Made by a program: the position numbers and the translations under genes
Notes under the pieces: generated by a model
What the model saw: only the letters and a program-made list of their open reading frames with translations
The model's database searches: none
Told to the model about the DNA's origin: nothing
NCBI GenBank assembly: GCA_965250215.1
Contig: CBDFNN010000004.1
Span: 1,266,734-1,330,733, forward strand
Reading direction: 5' to 3'
Origin: Rhodothermales bacterium
GTDB lineage: Bacteria; Bacteroidota; Rhodothermia; Rhodothermales; DATKEJ01
DNA: 64,000 bases
Shown here: one piece after another, positions 45,599 to 55,783 of the stretch
Numbering within the stretch: the first letter of the stretch is position 1
Layout of the letters: every line of letters starts with the position of its first letter

Positions 45599-46552
45599 AT
45601 GGAACGACGAGACTTTCTCAAAAAATCTTCTGGAGCAGCTCTTTCTGGAGCCATCCTTTCTCCCTCAATGCTCAAAGGCTTCAATCCCTTGGCCTCGCCA
45701 TCGGCGCCGCTTTATAAAATATCGCTGGCTCAGTGGACCTTGAATCGAAAGTTTTTCAAGAAGGAGATCGACAATTTGGACTTTGCCTCGATTGCAAAAA
45801 ATGAATTGGGAATTGACGCAGTGGAGTATGTCAATCAGTTCTTTATGAAGAAGGCCAAAGACATGGACTACCTAAATGAAATGAAGATGCGGGCCGAAGA
45901 TAACGGTGTAACAAATGTCCTGATAATGTGTGATGGGGAAGGCGCTATCGGAAGTCCTGACAAGGCTACCAGAGTCGAGGCGGCTGAGAATCATCACAAA
46001 TGGGCAGATGCCGCTAAGTTCTTGGGATGCCATTCAATTCGTGTCAATGCTTTTAGCGGAGGGACCTGGGGTGCTGCTCCGGATGCCTATACCGAGTCTC
46101 AGAAGCTTGTAGCCGATGGTTTGTCTCATCTGCTTGAGTATGTTGCGTCGATGGATTTAAATCTGATAGTCGAGAATCATGGTGGCAATTCAAGCAATGC
46201 TGATTGGCTCGCTGGGGTTATGGAGATAATTGGCAGCGATCGAATGGGTACCCTTCCAGATTTTGGCAACTTCACCATCTACAAAGATCTCGTCTATGAT
46301 CCCTATGTAGGAGTCGACAAACTTATGCCCTTTGCCAAGGGTGTAAGCGTGAAACCAAGTTCTCAAAAACCTGGAGGAGGTAAGAACATGATCGACTATG
46401 AGAAGATGATGCGCATCGTACTGAAGCATGGTTTCAGAGGCTACGCCGGAATAGAGACTGTCGGCCCAAAAGGAGAGGAGTACGCAGCGATAAAGGAAAC
46501 TCGAGATCAGCTGATCGCTGTTCGTGAAGCCCTTGCATCCGAGTTTGAGTAA
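45599..46552 (+). CDS. Tat-exported xylose-isomerase-like TIM-barrel protein (sugar phosphate isomerase/epimerase family)
   Basis: 317 aa. Tat signal MERRDFLKKSSGAALSGAILSPSMLKG. Family-typical SIRVNAF, NLIVENHGG, LPDFGNF and GYAGIE. Confidence 0.85.
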   Translation: MERRDFLKKSSGAALSGAILSPSMLKGFNPLASPSAPLYKISLAQWTLNRKFFKKEIDNLDFASIAKNELGIDAVEYVNQFFMKKAKDMDYLNEMKMRAEDNGVTNVLIMCDGEGAIGSPDKATRVEAAENHHKWADAAKFLGCHSIRVNAFSGGTWGAAPDAYTESQKLVADGLSHLLEYVASMDLNLIVENHGGNSSNADWLAGVMEIIGSDRMGTLPDFGNFTIYKDLVYDPYVGVDKLMPFAKGVSVKPSSQKPGGGKNMIDYEKMMRIVLKHGFRGYAGIETVGPKGEEYAAIKETRDQLIAVREALASEFE

Positions 46553-46687
46553 TATATCTGGCTTTTCTACTGGGAGATGGTTGGAGTCCATCATCCTCTA
46601 GGGAGATCAGCTTAGCAGAAGGACTAGTCAAGGCCACATAAGCTGGGAAGTGGCGGCAAGTCCTCGTTCCCGTAACTCACAACTCTA

Positions 46688-47620
46688 ATGCATGTTATTT
46701 TTGGCTATGGTCAAATAGGGACTCCGCTGGCAGAGATATTGAGCCGGCAAGGCAAATCTGTACGAGTGATCAAGAGATCTAAAGCCGAGGTACCAGATGG
46801 TGTGGAGCTCATGCTTGGTGACGTTGCCGATTCTGCATTCTGCGACAAGGCTTGCTTCGGTGCGGATGTGGTTTATCATTGCATGAATCCAGCCTATAGC
46901 ATCAAGAAATGGAGGCAACTGCTTCCATTATATATGAGAAATCTGGTAGGAGCGGCGTCATCGTCAAACGCCAAATTGGTCGTTCTAGACAATCTCTACT
47001 GCTACGGAGCAACGACCGGACTGCCAATAAATGAGATGAGTCCTATTAATCCGACTAGCAAGAAGGGAGAAGTTCGAGCTGATGTCACTTACTATCTCAA
47101 TACTGCGATCGATCAAGGTGAAATCCAGGCGGTCATTGCTAGAGCTGCTGACTTCTATGGCCCAGGCGGAACGCTCAGTCAGTTTGGTGACTTCTTTTGG
47201 AAGTCGGCGATCAAGGGAAAGGCCCCACAAATATTTTTCAACCCTGACACATTACATTCATATACCTACACCCTCGATGTAGCCGAGGCTTTGGCCCTAT
47301 TAGGTGATGCCCCTAACGAGGATTTTGGAAAAACGTGGATGATTCCGACGGTGGAAGCAGACTCGACCAGAAATCTTGTCAAAAGATTTTCGAAACATCT
47401 TGGCCAGGAAATTCCGCTTAAAGTTATGCCACGCGGCTTACACAAGTTTCTGGGATATTTGGTGCCCATCGTCGGGGAATTGGCAGAGATGAGATATCAA
47501 TGGGACGAATCTTTCATTCTCGATTCGAGCAAGTTCAGCGAGCACTTCGGTTTGATGCCAACGGATGTCGAGGAGGGCGCTAGGGCAACCGTCGATTGGG
47601 CGGAAGAGAAATACAGATAA
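46688..47620 (+). CDS. NAD(P)-dependent epimerase/dehydratase (extended SDR) family protein
   Basis: 310 aa. N-terminal Rossmann-like VIFGYGQIGTPLAEIL and RAADFYGPG. Size and layout fit atypical or extended SDRs. Confidence 0.7.
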   Translation: MHVIFGYGQIGTPLAEILSRQGKSVRVIKRSKAEVPDGVELMLGDVADSAFCDKACFGADVVYHCMNPAYSIKKWRQLLPLYMRNLVGAASSSNAKLVVLDNLYCYGATTGLPINEMSPINPTSKKGEVRADVTYYLNTAIDQGEIQAVIARAADFYGPGGTLSQFGDFFWKSAIKGKAPQIFFNPDTLHSYTYTLDVAEALALLGDAPNEDFGKTWMIPTVEADSTRNLVKRFSKHLGQEIPLKVMPRGLHKFLGYLVPIVGELAEMRYQWDESFILDSSKFSEHFGLMPTDVEEGARATVDWAEEKYR

Positions 47621-47674
47621 AGGGGTTGAAGGTATAGATGTCGTTTCAACTTGGCACCTCTGTCTAGATGACAC

Positions 47675-47711
47675 AAAAGTGGCGTACCAATTTGCTTGAC
47701 ACGCCACTTTT
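47675..47711. terminator. Bidirectional rho-independent terminator between convergent genes
   Basis: AAAAGTGGCGT (47675-47685) pairs with ACGCCACTTTT (47701-47711) across a 15-nt loop. A/T runs are present on both sides. Confidence 0.8.
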
Positions 47712-47732
47712 GACCAAGACTTGGACAGACGG

Positions 47733-48878
47733 CTACTTCGTGAGCAACATCTTTCCGTGGTCCGCGAAAACCTCTCCGACGACTCGGTAGATGTAAAGGC
47801 CACTGGGAAGTCCGTTTGCATCGAAGGAAAAATCACGACGACTGTTAGCCTCCATCTCTCCATCAAACAAAATCTGGACTAATTGACCCTTAGCATCAAA
47901 AACAACCATACGAACGTTTTGCCTAATCGCCACGACGAGGGAAAACTGTGTACTAGGGTTGAATGGATTTGGGTAAGCCTCGGACAATTCATGAGTGCCC
48001 GGCACCTCTAACGTCGCCTCCGTTTCTGGGCTAAATGCGAATGCACCATCGAAGTCCAATTGTTTGAGACGAAAGACGTACATACCTGCTTCAAGGTCTG
48101 TTAATCTATACTCATAGTTTTGTGACTCAGTGGTCGTACCGAATCCGTGAACAAATCCTTTTGTTAGGAAATTATCATCTGATTCTGACTTCAACTGTAC
48201 CCCGAAACCTGCATTGTTTGTCTCGCTTAAGCTTTCCCATTTCAAAAGGACATCAGAACCTTCGACATGGGCGTCAAGGCTTGTCATTTCGACGGGAAGC
48301 GGTGCAGCACCGATCACGTTGAGGTTAAAGGCTGGAAGAAGGTTGGAGTTTGGGGAAAGGTTTACGCACCCAGCACCAAGTCCGCCTGAACAAATGGTCT
48401 CCGCTACCCTGATAAAATATTCTGTCCCAAGTTCTACATCGACAAAGAGATTAGCGCCCCCACCAAGGGGCACGCCGTCGTCGAAAGTGGAAGCGCAAGC
48501 TAATCCAATTAAAGGATAACCTGTTCCGAATTCGGGGGTGTGCACACTTAATGTGGCATTAAATTCTAGTGGTCCTGTTATCATGATGTCTATTGAGCCG
48601 TCAACAGACGGGCTGTAGCTGTACCAGAGGGAATGATCCGAAGTGTGGAATTCATCAATGCACATCGGCTGATCTTCGTCTGGAAACTCGAGAGTCGCGC
48701 CGCTGGTAGTTCCACCGATGTCAATTGGAGTCGAGGTAATAGGAATGGCGTCTGCGAGGTTGTCATTTATTGGACTATCTCCAGCATTCTGTGCCCAGGC
48801 CGCGGTCGCTGTGAGGCCCATAAGAAGGAAAAATAAAATTCCAAAGGTGCAATTCTTTTTCGTAACAATATTTCTCAT
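47733..48878 (-). CDS. Secreted T9SS cargo protein
   Basis: ATG 48878 gives MRNIVTKKNCTFGILFFLLMGLTATAAWA. Pre-CTD module LPVEMTSLDAHVEGSDVLLKWESLSETNNAGF. CTD AYPNPFNPSTQFSL...GLYIYRVVG. Confidence 0.8.
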   Translation of the reverse strand: MRNIVTKKNCTFGILFFLLMGLTATAAWAQNAGDSPINDNLADAIPITSTPIDIGGTTSGATLEFPDEDQPMCIDEFHTSDHSLWYSYSPSVDGSIDIMITGPLEFNATLSVHTPEFGTGYPLIGLACASTFDDGVPLGGGANLFVDVELGTEYFIRVAETICSGGLGAGCVNLSPNSNLLPAFNLNVIGAAPLPVEMTSLDAHVEGSDVLLKWESLSETNNAGFGVQLKSESDDNFLTKGFVHGFGTTTESQNYEYRLTDLEAGMYVFRLKQLDFDGAFAFSPETEATLEVPGTHELSEAYPNPFNPSTQFSLVVAIRQNVRMVVFDAKGQLVQILFDGEMEANSRRDFSFDANGLPSGLYIYRVVGEVFADHGKMLLTK

Positions 48879-49217
48879 TATTTTTTGGGTTTGCTGAAAG
48901 ATTTTGTGGCACACAGATATTGTACGTTATCGCGAATCGGATTGCCAGTTGCTATTCTCGGCGGAAATATCCGTTGATAGAAACTCTATCCAGATAGGGC
49001 CATCCGCACCTGATCTAAAAAACGGGGTAGCTTTTTGAAGGGATGAGCAGACTGGGCGAGTGCCAGTTCGCTAGATTGACGAGTTGTCAATCTCTTGTCG
49101 GAATTGATAAAACCCATAGGTAGAACAGCTAGGCCTTTTAATAAGCGTCGTCGCGAGTGAATTTCCATATTCCTACTTGTTGTAGTTGTTCTTGTAGAAT
49201 ACCATAGCTTCAAATAA

Positions 49218-49874
49218 ATGGCATATTGGTCAATAATGACAGGGCGGACTCAATATTTGCTCAGACTCGTTGAATCCAGACTCGAGGGGACTGGCAGATA
49301 TATCCTCGGAATTACTGGCCCTCCAGCTTCAGGAAAATCCACGCTCTCTAGGGATTTGGTTAGGACGATTAACGATAGGGAAGGTGCAGAAATAGCGGTC
49401 CTACTTGGAATGGATGGATTCCACAAATCAAATGCAGACTTGAAAGAACTGGGCTTACTTCACCTCAAGGGAATTCCTGAGTCCTTTGATTCGCAGAAGT
49501 ATGTAGGTCTGCTCTCCGTGTTAAAGAAATACCCAGAAGAAACCCATCATGCTCCAGAATTCAGACGAGAAATCGAAGCATCGATCCAAAATGCGATTGC
49601 GATTCATCCTCACCATAAGCTGGTTGTAACGGAAGGGAATTATCTCCTACTCGAGAGTTATCCCTGGAAGGAGTTATCCCAAATTATCGACGAGGTATGG
49701 TACCTGGAAATTGAAGAGGAAATCCGACTAAGGCGCCTGACGGAGCGACACTTGTTTCATGGACGATCTCAAGAAGAGACAGCAAAAAAAATCGATGAAA
49801 CAGATGATCCTAACACGCGGCTGATCGAAGAGTCAAAAAATAGGGCAGATAGAGTTTTGAAAATAGATGCCTGA
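49218..49874 (+). CDS. P-loop nucleoside/sugar kinase family protein (uridine-kinase/PRK-like fold)
   Basis: 218 aa. Walker A GITGPPASGKST, MDGFH and VTEGNYLL motifs. Confidence 0.6.
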   Translation: MAYWSIMTGRTQYLLRLVESRLEGTGRYILGITGPPASGKSTLSRDLVRTINDREGAEIAVLLGMDGFHKSNADLKELGLLHLKGIPESFDSQKYVGLLSVLKKYPEETHHAPEFRREIEASIQNAIAIHPHHKLVVTEGNYLLLESYPWKELSQIIDEVWYLEIEEEIRLRRLTERHLFHGRSQEETAKKIDETDDPNTRLIEESKNRADRVLKIDA

Positions 49875-49949
49875 GGCGGGTTTTGTCAAATCTCAACTTG
49901 ACGATGTAAATTAAAGGAGCATCTTCCCACAACCCAAAACCCACTCTTC

Positions 49950-49971
49950 CGGAACACGGCAAACGGAACAC
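49950..49971 (+). repeat. C GGAACAC GGCAAAC GGAACAC, second copy of the 22-nt micro-repeat
   Basis: Identical to 12623-12644. It ends 3 nt from the stop (49975-49977) of minus-strand galU and is preceded by ACCCAAA ACCCACT (49932-49945). Confidence 0.9.
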
Positions 49972-49974
49972 CTC

Positions 49975-50871
49975 CTATTCCATCACTTCCTTCAAATAGG
50001 CCATGACTCCGTCACGCATATCCTTCCGTCTGAGTGCATAATCTAAAAAGCACTTTACATACTCAACTCGATTCCCAATGTCATATCGATGTGCCTTCCA
50101 TTTCAAAGCAAAAGTTGGTATATCCGCGGCTTGCATATTCATAGCATCGGTCAGCTGGATTTCACCTCCGTGTCCTTCGCTGGTACGATCCAAATAGTCA
50201 AATATATCTGGTGTGAATATGTATCTACCGGCGATGGCCAGGTTAGTGGGCGCGTGCTCCGGACTTGGTTTTTCGATCAATCTGTTGAGCCGGTACAAAT
50301 CAGGGTAGGCAGAGTCTTCAACGCCATCGACGATGCCATATCGAGAGACCCATTCATGCGGGACTTCGTGCACAGCAACAACACTGGATTCTTTTTTGTC
50401 GTATGCGTCAATTAGATGTCGTAGCCCCGGAATGCTTTCACCTTCGGCATCTTGCTTTGAGCTATCAATAATGGTATCGCCAAGTAGAACGGCGAAGGGC
50501 TCATTCCCAACGTGCATTCGGGCATGGCGAATAGCGTCTCCAAGGCCGGCTTGTGTCTTCTGACGGATGTAGTGAATATTTGCTTGATCAGCAAGCTCTC
50601 TAATCTCAGCTACCATTTCACCCTTCCCGGCCTCATCCAAGAATGACTCAAGCTCTGGATTATAGTCGAAATGATTTTCTATCGACCTCTTGGTTCGTCC
50701 CGTTATTATTAATATGTCGTCTAGGCCACTTGCTATCGCCTCCTCGATGACATACTGAATTACAGGTTTGTCCACGATGGGTAACATTTCCTTTGGCATC
50801 GATTTAGTCGCTGGCAGAAATCGAGTGCCCATACCCGCGGCAGGAATGACGGCTTTTCTTATGATCGACAT
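49975..50871 (-). CDS. galU: UTP--glucose-1-phosphate uridylyltransferase
   Basis: 298 aa. KAVIPAAGMGTRFLPATKSMPKEMLPIVDKPVIQYVIEEA, GLGDAI and LLGDTII. Confidence 0.9.
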   Translation of the reverse strand: MSIIRKAVIPAAGMGTRFLPATKSMPKEMLPIVDKPVIQYVIEEAIASGLDDILIITGRTKRSIENHFDYNPELESFLDEAGKGEMVAEIRELADQANIHYIRQKTQAGLGDAIRHARMHVGNEPFAVLLGDTIIDSSKQDAEGESIPGLRHLIDAYDKKESSVVAVHEVPHEWVSRYGIVDGVEDSAYPDLYRLNRLIEKPSPEHAPTNLAIAGRYIFTPDIFDYLDRTSEGHGGEIQLTDAMNMQAADIPTFALKWKAHRYDIGNRVEYVKCFLDYALRRKDMRDGVMAYLKEVME

Positions 50872-50951
50872 TGGGATCTTTTGTGGAGAACTAGAGCATA
50901 TTTGACGATGCTCCAGTTGTTGTAACAGACCGAAATTGGGACTGTCAAGGG

Positions 50952-51941
50952 CTAATATACAGGTACGACGACTTCTGCACCTAGCTCGCCAAATGCCTTT
51001 TTAATGGCTTTTAGCCGAATGGGATCGCCATCATACATGCCCACAACAGCTCCTCCTGATCCGGCATATTTCACAGGACATCCAAGTTTTCTGCCCGTTT
51101 CAACGAGCTTCACATGACCACTATTAAGCGAGCAAAGAGATCTTCTTAGATCGAAGTTCTGGTCCATGAGTGGCCCAATTTCTCTGCCCCTTCCAGACTT
51201 GATCAGGTCAAAGCTTTCTTGAGCAAGGGTCGCAATATTCTGCATACCATTTATCACTGCCACATCACCTCGATTGTATCTAGCTCGAAGATCGTTGTGA
51301 GTTAGTTCCGTTCCTTCGGCAAGTTCGCTGCTAAAAGCAATGAAAAGGGGAGGCAAAAGAGCCGGATCGATACCTTTGTAGAGTCCATGTCCAGTACTTT
51401 TCATGTGCTCCTTCTCGAAATCCATAAAGACCGCACCTTCATAAACTTGAATAACTCGGTCCTGTAATCCAGCCCCAATTTTCAATTCGTCAAGCTCAAC
51501 ACTCAAAATCAAACTCGGAAGAAGAGGCTTCGGGATTTCGATCTCATAGAATTGACAAAGAGCGCGCATGGTCGCTGTGATGATGGCGCTAGAACCAGCC
51601 AGTCCAACTCGAATTGGGATATTTGTATCGTACTCAATCGAGAAATTTCTTTTCGGAATTTCGATGCCTTCCGACTGGCAATAATCGTAGAAGCGTTTCG
51701 TAGATGCCTTCAAAAGACGGATACCGCCATAGTATCCCGTGATCTTGATGTCGTGGACAAGCTGTTTCATGCTGGTGTATTCCAAGTCATCACTTCCCCG
51801 TGCTATGAATTGAAGTCTGGTCGATTCGTAGACCGTCACCTTCGCACGGAAGGTGTCCAATATTGCGGAAATAGTCTTGCCATAGTAACCCATCCGACGG
51901 GTTTCCGATAAGCCCGTAACGGGCATAAGCAAGGGCTTCAA
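50952..51941 (-). CDS. GHMP-family sugar kinase (glucuronokinase-like)
   Basis: 329 aa. GHMP motif VGLAGSSAIITATMRAL. The N-terminal YYGKTISAIL...VTVYES region resembles glucuronokinase-type GHMP kinases. Confidence 0.7.
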   Translation of the reverse strand: MKPLLMPVTGLSETRRMGYYGKTISAILDTFRAKVTVYESTRLQFIARGSDDLEYTSMKQLVHDIKITGYYGGIRLLKASTKRFYDYCQSEGIEIPKRNFSIEYDTNIPIRVGLAGSSAIITATMRALCQFYEIEIPKPLLPSLILSVELDELKIGAGLQDRVIQVYEGAVFMDFEKEHMKSTGHGLYKGIDPALLPPLFIAFSSELAEGTELTHNDLRARYNRGDVAVINGMQNIATLAQESFDLIKSGRGREIGPLMDQNFDLRRSLCSLNSGHVKLVETGRKLGCPVKYAGSGGAVVGMYDGDPIRLKAIKKAFGELGAEVVVPVY

Positions 51942-52033
51942 TCATGGATCATTTCAAGGCTAATAGACTGACAATTCATTTTGCTAGTTGGCCAATCCAA
52001 TTGGACGGATTCAGGGATTATAGACCTCAGAAT

Positions 52034-52078
52034 CAAGATCAGCAAGATCAGCCACTCACTTAGACAAGCAAGGTCAGC
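52034..52078 (+). repeat. 9-mer repeat CAAGATCAG CAAGATCAG plus a degenerate CAAGGTCAG
   Basis: Two perfect tandem copies at 52034-52051. The third, related copy lies within 52068-52078. All sit in the spacer 3' of the GH20 gene. Confidence 0.7.
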
Positions 52079-52095
52079 TAGAAAAGCCAGATAAG

Positions 52096-53706
52096 CTATC
52101 TCTCATGCTTTCTGTATTTAACTCCGTCACGATCGAGTCGATCATAGTGCCTAGTCAAACGCTCCAGGAACGATTCATAATTCTTGAGATCGGGATTGGT
52201 CCAAGCATTTTCTGCAACAGCTGTCAATCGAGGATAGATCATATAGTCCAAGTAGTCCTGATTGTTGATGTATTCGGTCCAAACATTGGCTTGAGTTCCA
52301 AGGATGTGCTTGCTTTGCTTAGCGTTGAGGACTTCGGGCACGGGCTCGAAAGAGTAAACCGTTTCAAGAGCTAGAAAGCTATCGCCGATGGCGAGAGGCT
52401 CCGTCTCCTTGTCGCCTTGTCTATAGTCCAGATAAGCATGGGTCGTCGGTGTCATGATTACATCATGACCCTGCTGTGCAGCGGCTATACCCCCCTCTGT
52501 GCCTCTCCAAGACATAACCGTAGCTTCGGGTGCCAAGCCACCTTCAAGAATTTCATCCCAACCGATGAGGCTTCGTCCATGTGAGTTCAAAAATTTCTCC
52601 ATGCGTTTGATGAAGTAGCTCTGTAACTCGTTCTCATCTTTCAATCCCTCTCGCTTGATAACGGATTGAGCTAGTTCTGATTTTTCCCACACATCGTTCG
52701 GGGCTTCATCAGCACCCACGTGGATGTACTTCGATGGGAAGAGCTCCATGACCTCAAGAAGGACATTTTCGTAGAATTCGAATGTCTCTTCCGATGGGCA
52801 TACAACACCTGCTTCGTGGACGCCCCAGTTGTTTGAGACCTCGATCGGTTCATCCGTACAGCCAAGCCAAGGGTAAGCTGCCATGGCGGCTTGAGCGTGC
52901 CCAGGCATTTCGATCTCTGGTATGACAGTTATGTGTCGGCTTGCGGCATAACGGACCACTTCTCTCACATCATCATGTGCATAGTGGCCTTCGTAAGGAT
53001 TCCCGTCTTTTACATCGTGGCTAAAGGGCTTGACCAAAAGAGTTGTGGATTTACGCCTCGATGCCACATCTACTAGCTTTGGGTATTTCTTGATCTCGAT
53101 TCTCCATCCTTGGTCATCCGTCAAATGCCAATGAAATTTGTTCAGTTTGTGGGCGGCCATCAAGTCCAACTGACGCTTAATCTGACCGACTGAGAAATAG
53201 TGCCTCGATACATCTAGCATCATTCCTCTATACGGGAATCTCGGCTCATCAAAGATGTCGACAGCAGAAATAGTCTTAGCTCCATCCTGAGGCAATAGCT
53301 GGAGAAAAGTTTGAATGGCGTAGAATAGTCCGGCATCGCTATTTCCACGCAAGAGCACTTCATCGCTGCTTACAGATATCGAGTATCCTTCTGGACCTGT
53401 GTCTAATTTTGGATCAATATCTAGCTTTATCGAGCCCTCTCCATTTTGGTTGAGTTTCCAACCTGAAAGCGTTTCGATGCGCTGAAGTAGATAGTCACAA
53501 ACTCCGTCGTCTTTACAGGCGACGCCAGCGCCTTCCAAAGAGAAACTTCCCTTGGCCAATTGCACAGACTGGGGAAGGGGCACAAGGCCGAGTGAAGAAG
53601 AATCAATAGTCATTATTGGTGTATTCGAATTACTGGTACATGATTGACAAAAAGCCGAAAGCAACAATAGGATGAATATAGTTTTTGACTTTGAAATTAG
53701 ATTCAT
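52096..53706 (-). CDS. Beta-N-acetylhexosaminidase (GH20), secreted lipoprotein-like
   Basis: 536 aa. HWHLTDDQGWRIEIKKYPKL and HVGADE (catalytic D-E), with a signal/lipobox-like N-terminus. Confidence 0.9.
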   Translation of the reverse strand: MNLISKSKTIFILLLLSAFCQSCTSNSNTPIMTIDSSSLGLVPLPQSVQLAKGSFSLEGAGVACKDDGVCDYLLQRIETLSGWKLNQNGEGSIKLDIDPKLDTGPEGYSISVSSDEVLLRGNSDAGLFYAIQTFLQLLPQDGAKTISAVDIFDEPRFPYRGMMLDVSRHYFSVGQIKRQLDLMAAHKLNKFHWHLTDDQGWRIEIKKYPKLVDVASRRKSTTLLVKPFSHDVKDGNPYEGHYAHDDVREVVRYAASRHITVIPEIEMPGHAQAAMAAYPWLGCTDEPIEVSNNWGVHEAGVVCPSEETFEFYENVLLEVMELFPSKYIHVGADEAPNDVWEKSELAQSVIKREGLKDENELQSYFIKRMEKFLNSHGRSLIGWDEILEGGLAPEATVMSWRGTEGGIAAAQQGHDVIMTPTTHAYLDYRQGDKETEPLAIGDSFLALETVYSFEPVPEVLNAKQSKHILGTQANVWTEYINNQDYLDYMIYPRLTAVAENAWTNPDLKNYESFLERLTRHYDRLDRDGVKYRKHER

Positions 53707-53707
53707 G

Positions 53708-55147
53708 TTATACCTGTCTGGTTTTCCATTTCCCCTTCTTAAAGAAATAATATCCGAATAATGCTAATAGAGTCTGTGCAACAGAGATTGCGACAAAAAC
53801 CGCCTCTGTTCCGTAGTTAAGCTCGATTGCCAAAAAATAGGCTAGAGGTATTTGTAGGACCCAAAATACAAATAGGTTGATCCATGTTGGAGTCGTTGTA
53901 TCTCCTGCACCATTGAATGCCTGAATGGTTACCATTCCCACAGCCCAGAAGGGAAAGGAGTAGGCAAGGATACGAAGACATTGAACGGAGTATCTTATGT
54001 CCTCAGGTTCATCAGTAAATATTCGAGTTAGTTGCTCGGGAAATAGCCAAAGAATTAAGCCAAGAAAGCTTAGGAGAATCGAGTTGATCCAAGCCGTCGT
54101 CCAGACGGTTTGTTTAGCTCGATCTGCCTTTCCAGCACCAAGATTTTGACCAACCAAGGTTGCAGCTGCATTGCCAATACCCCATGAAGGAAGGAGAACG
54201 AAGACAATTAATCGAACGGCGAGTGTGTAACCGGCCACTGCGTGCGAACCGAAATAAGCGATGATTCTGATAACACCGATCCAGCTCGCAGTCGAGATCA
54301 AGAACTGAAGCATACCGGGACCACCTACCCTTACGATGCCCTTTATTTTCTCTATGTCGGGGCGAAAGGGAATGCCTTTAATGTTGATCTGACCATTGAT
54401 ACCAAAGAGGATCTTTAGCTGATAGAGAACGCCGACCGACCTGCCGATCGTTGTCGCAAGTGCAGCACCTGCTACACCCATTCCTGCCCATGATCCGATG
54501 CCAAAAATTAATAAGGGGTCCAATAGCATATTGAGACCATTAGCAAGCCAAAGAGATTTCATGGCGAGTGAAGCATCTCCAGCACCTCGAAAAATCGCGT
54601 TGATTAGAAAGAGAAGGAATATGCTAGCATTACCTCCAAAAAGGATCGCGCAGTAACTTGCCCCAGTGTCGATGACAGACTGTTCGGCACCCATCAAGCC
54701 TAGTAACTCGGGTGCGTATATCCAACCGAGAATGGCAATAGGGGTGGAAAAGGCGATTCCGATAAAAATTAGTTGGATTGAGGTTCTTGATGCCTCCTCG
54801 GGGTCACCCTCACCAATCCTCCGTGCCACCATAGCCGTGCCGGCCATGCTGAGTCCTATGCAAAGGGCGAAAACGATGATGATGAGACTCGCTGTAAGCC
54901 CGACCGCAGCAACAGCCTCCGTGCTGTTGGGAAGTTTGGAAACGAAAAAGATGTCCACGACCTCGAGAAAAGATTGCATAAGCATCTCGAGAACCATAGG
55001 AACGGCCAAGTAGAAGATGGCTTTCTTAATAGATCCAGTGGTGTAGTCTCTTGGGCCACCTTTTATGGCGCTCAAAAAGGCTCTAGCACCTCGAGAAAAA
55101 ATATTCCGTTGCTGTTGCTCCATTCTGTGAATTTGGGTGAGCGCCAA
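53708..55147 (-). CDS. MATE-family efflux transporter
   Basis: 479 aa. 12 hydrophobic segments. Typical N-terminus KKAIFYLAVPMVLEMLMQSFLEVVDIFFVSKL. Confidence 0.85.
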   Translation of the reverse strand: MALTQIHRMEQQQRNIFSRGARAFLSAIKGGPRDYTTGSIKKAIFYLAVPMVLEMLMQSFLEVVDIFFVSKLPNSTEAVAAVGLTASLIIIVFALCIGLSMAGTAMVARRIGEGDPEEASRTSIQLIFIGIAFSTPIAILGWIYAPELLGLMGAEQSVIDTGASYCAILFGGNASIFLLFLINAIFRGAGDASLAMKSLWLANGLNMLLDPLLIFGIGSWAGMGVAGAALATTIGRSVGVLYQLKILFGINGQINIKGIPFRPDIEKIKGIVRVGGPGMLQFLISTASWIGVIRIIAYFGSHAVAGYTLAVRLIVFVLLPSWGIGNAAATLVGQNLGAGKADRAKQTVWTTAWINSILLSFLGLILWLFPEQLTRIFTDEPEDIRYSVQCLRILAYSFPFWAVGMVTIQAFNGAGDTTTPTWINLFVFWVLQIPLAYFLAIELNYGTEAVFVAISVAQTLLALFGYYFFKKGKWKTRQV

Positions 55148-55330
55148 GATAGGGAAAGTGCAGTCTCGGTGACGGTCCTAGGGGATAGCACTTAGGCTTG
55201 ACCCAAGTAAAATGTCGATTGGTGCCTGTTTTGAGGTATTGGGGGGTACTTGTTTAATCGAAGCGAGATACCTTTAGAAAAACAGGACCCTCTCGAGGGA
55301 CATTAAATAAAAAGACAAAATCAATCATCA

Positions 55331-55759
55331 ATGAAAACCTCAATTCGATCCTTCTATTTCCCGATTGTGCTGCTATTCGTCAGTTTCGTAGCCTCATGCG
55401 ATGTGAATCCCTTTGATCAAAGCCAAGTGGCTATCATCACAACCGCTGTTACGGATTCAATAGCAACTATATCGTGGACACCAGCTGGAGCTTATCGGAT
55501 AAGAATCTACGAGGGTTCCTACGATGGAGATGATGGATATAATGGAGTGGTGTGGTCGGCAACGGCGGAGGATTTTAGCAATGTCTTGGTTTCTCCTTAT
55601 GTCGCAGGCTCAGATCCAGGAATCGAAAGCGGAAATCCTGTATTACTTCCTGGACAGAACTACACGGTGACAGTCCGAAGACGTGATCCAAAAGGAACGG
55701 GAGACGGCTTTACCAACACATCCAAGGTGTATATTGGCGAGTTGGCTTTCATACCTTGA
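55331..55759 (+). CDS. Small lipoprotein of unknown function
   Basis: 142 aa. Signal/lipobox LLFVSFVASCDVN. Beta-rich sequence. No recognisable family. Confidence 0.55.
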   Translation: MKTSIRSFYFPIVLLFVSFVASCDVNPFDQSQVAIITTAVTDSIATISWTPAGAYRIRIYEGSYDGDDGYNGVVWSATAEDFSNVLVSPYVAGSDPGIESGNPVLLPGQNYTVTVRRRDPKGTGDGFTNTSKVYIGELAFIP

Positions 55760-55783
55760 GGAGGCTTGGCGATGCTAAGCCGG

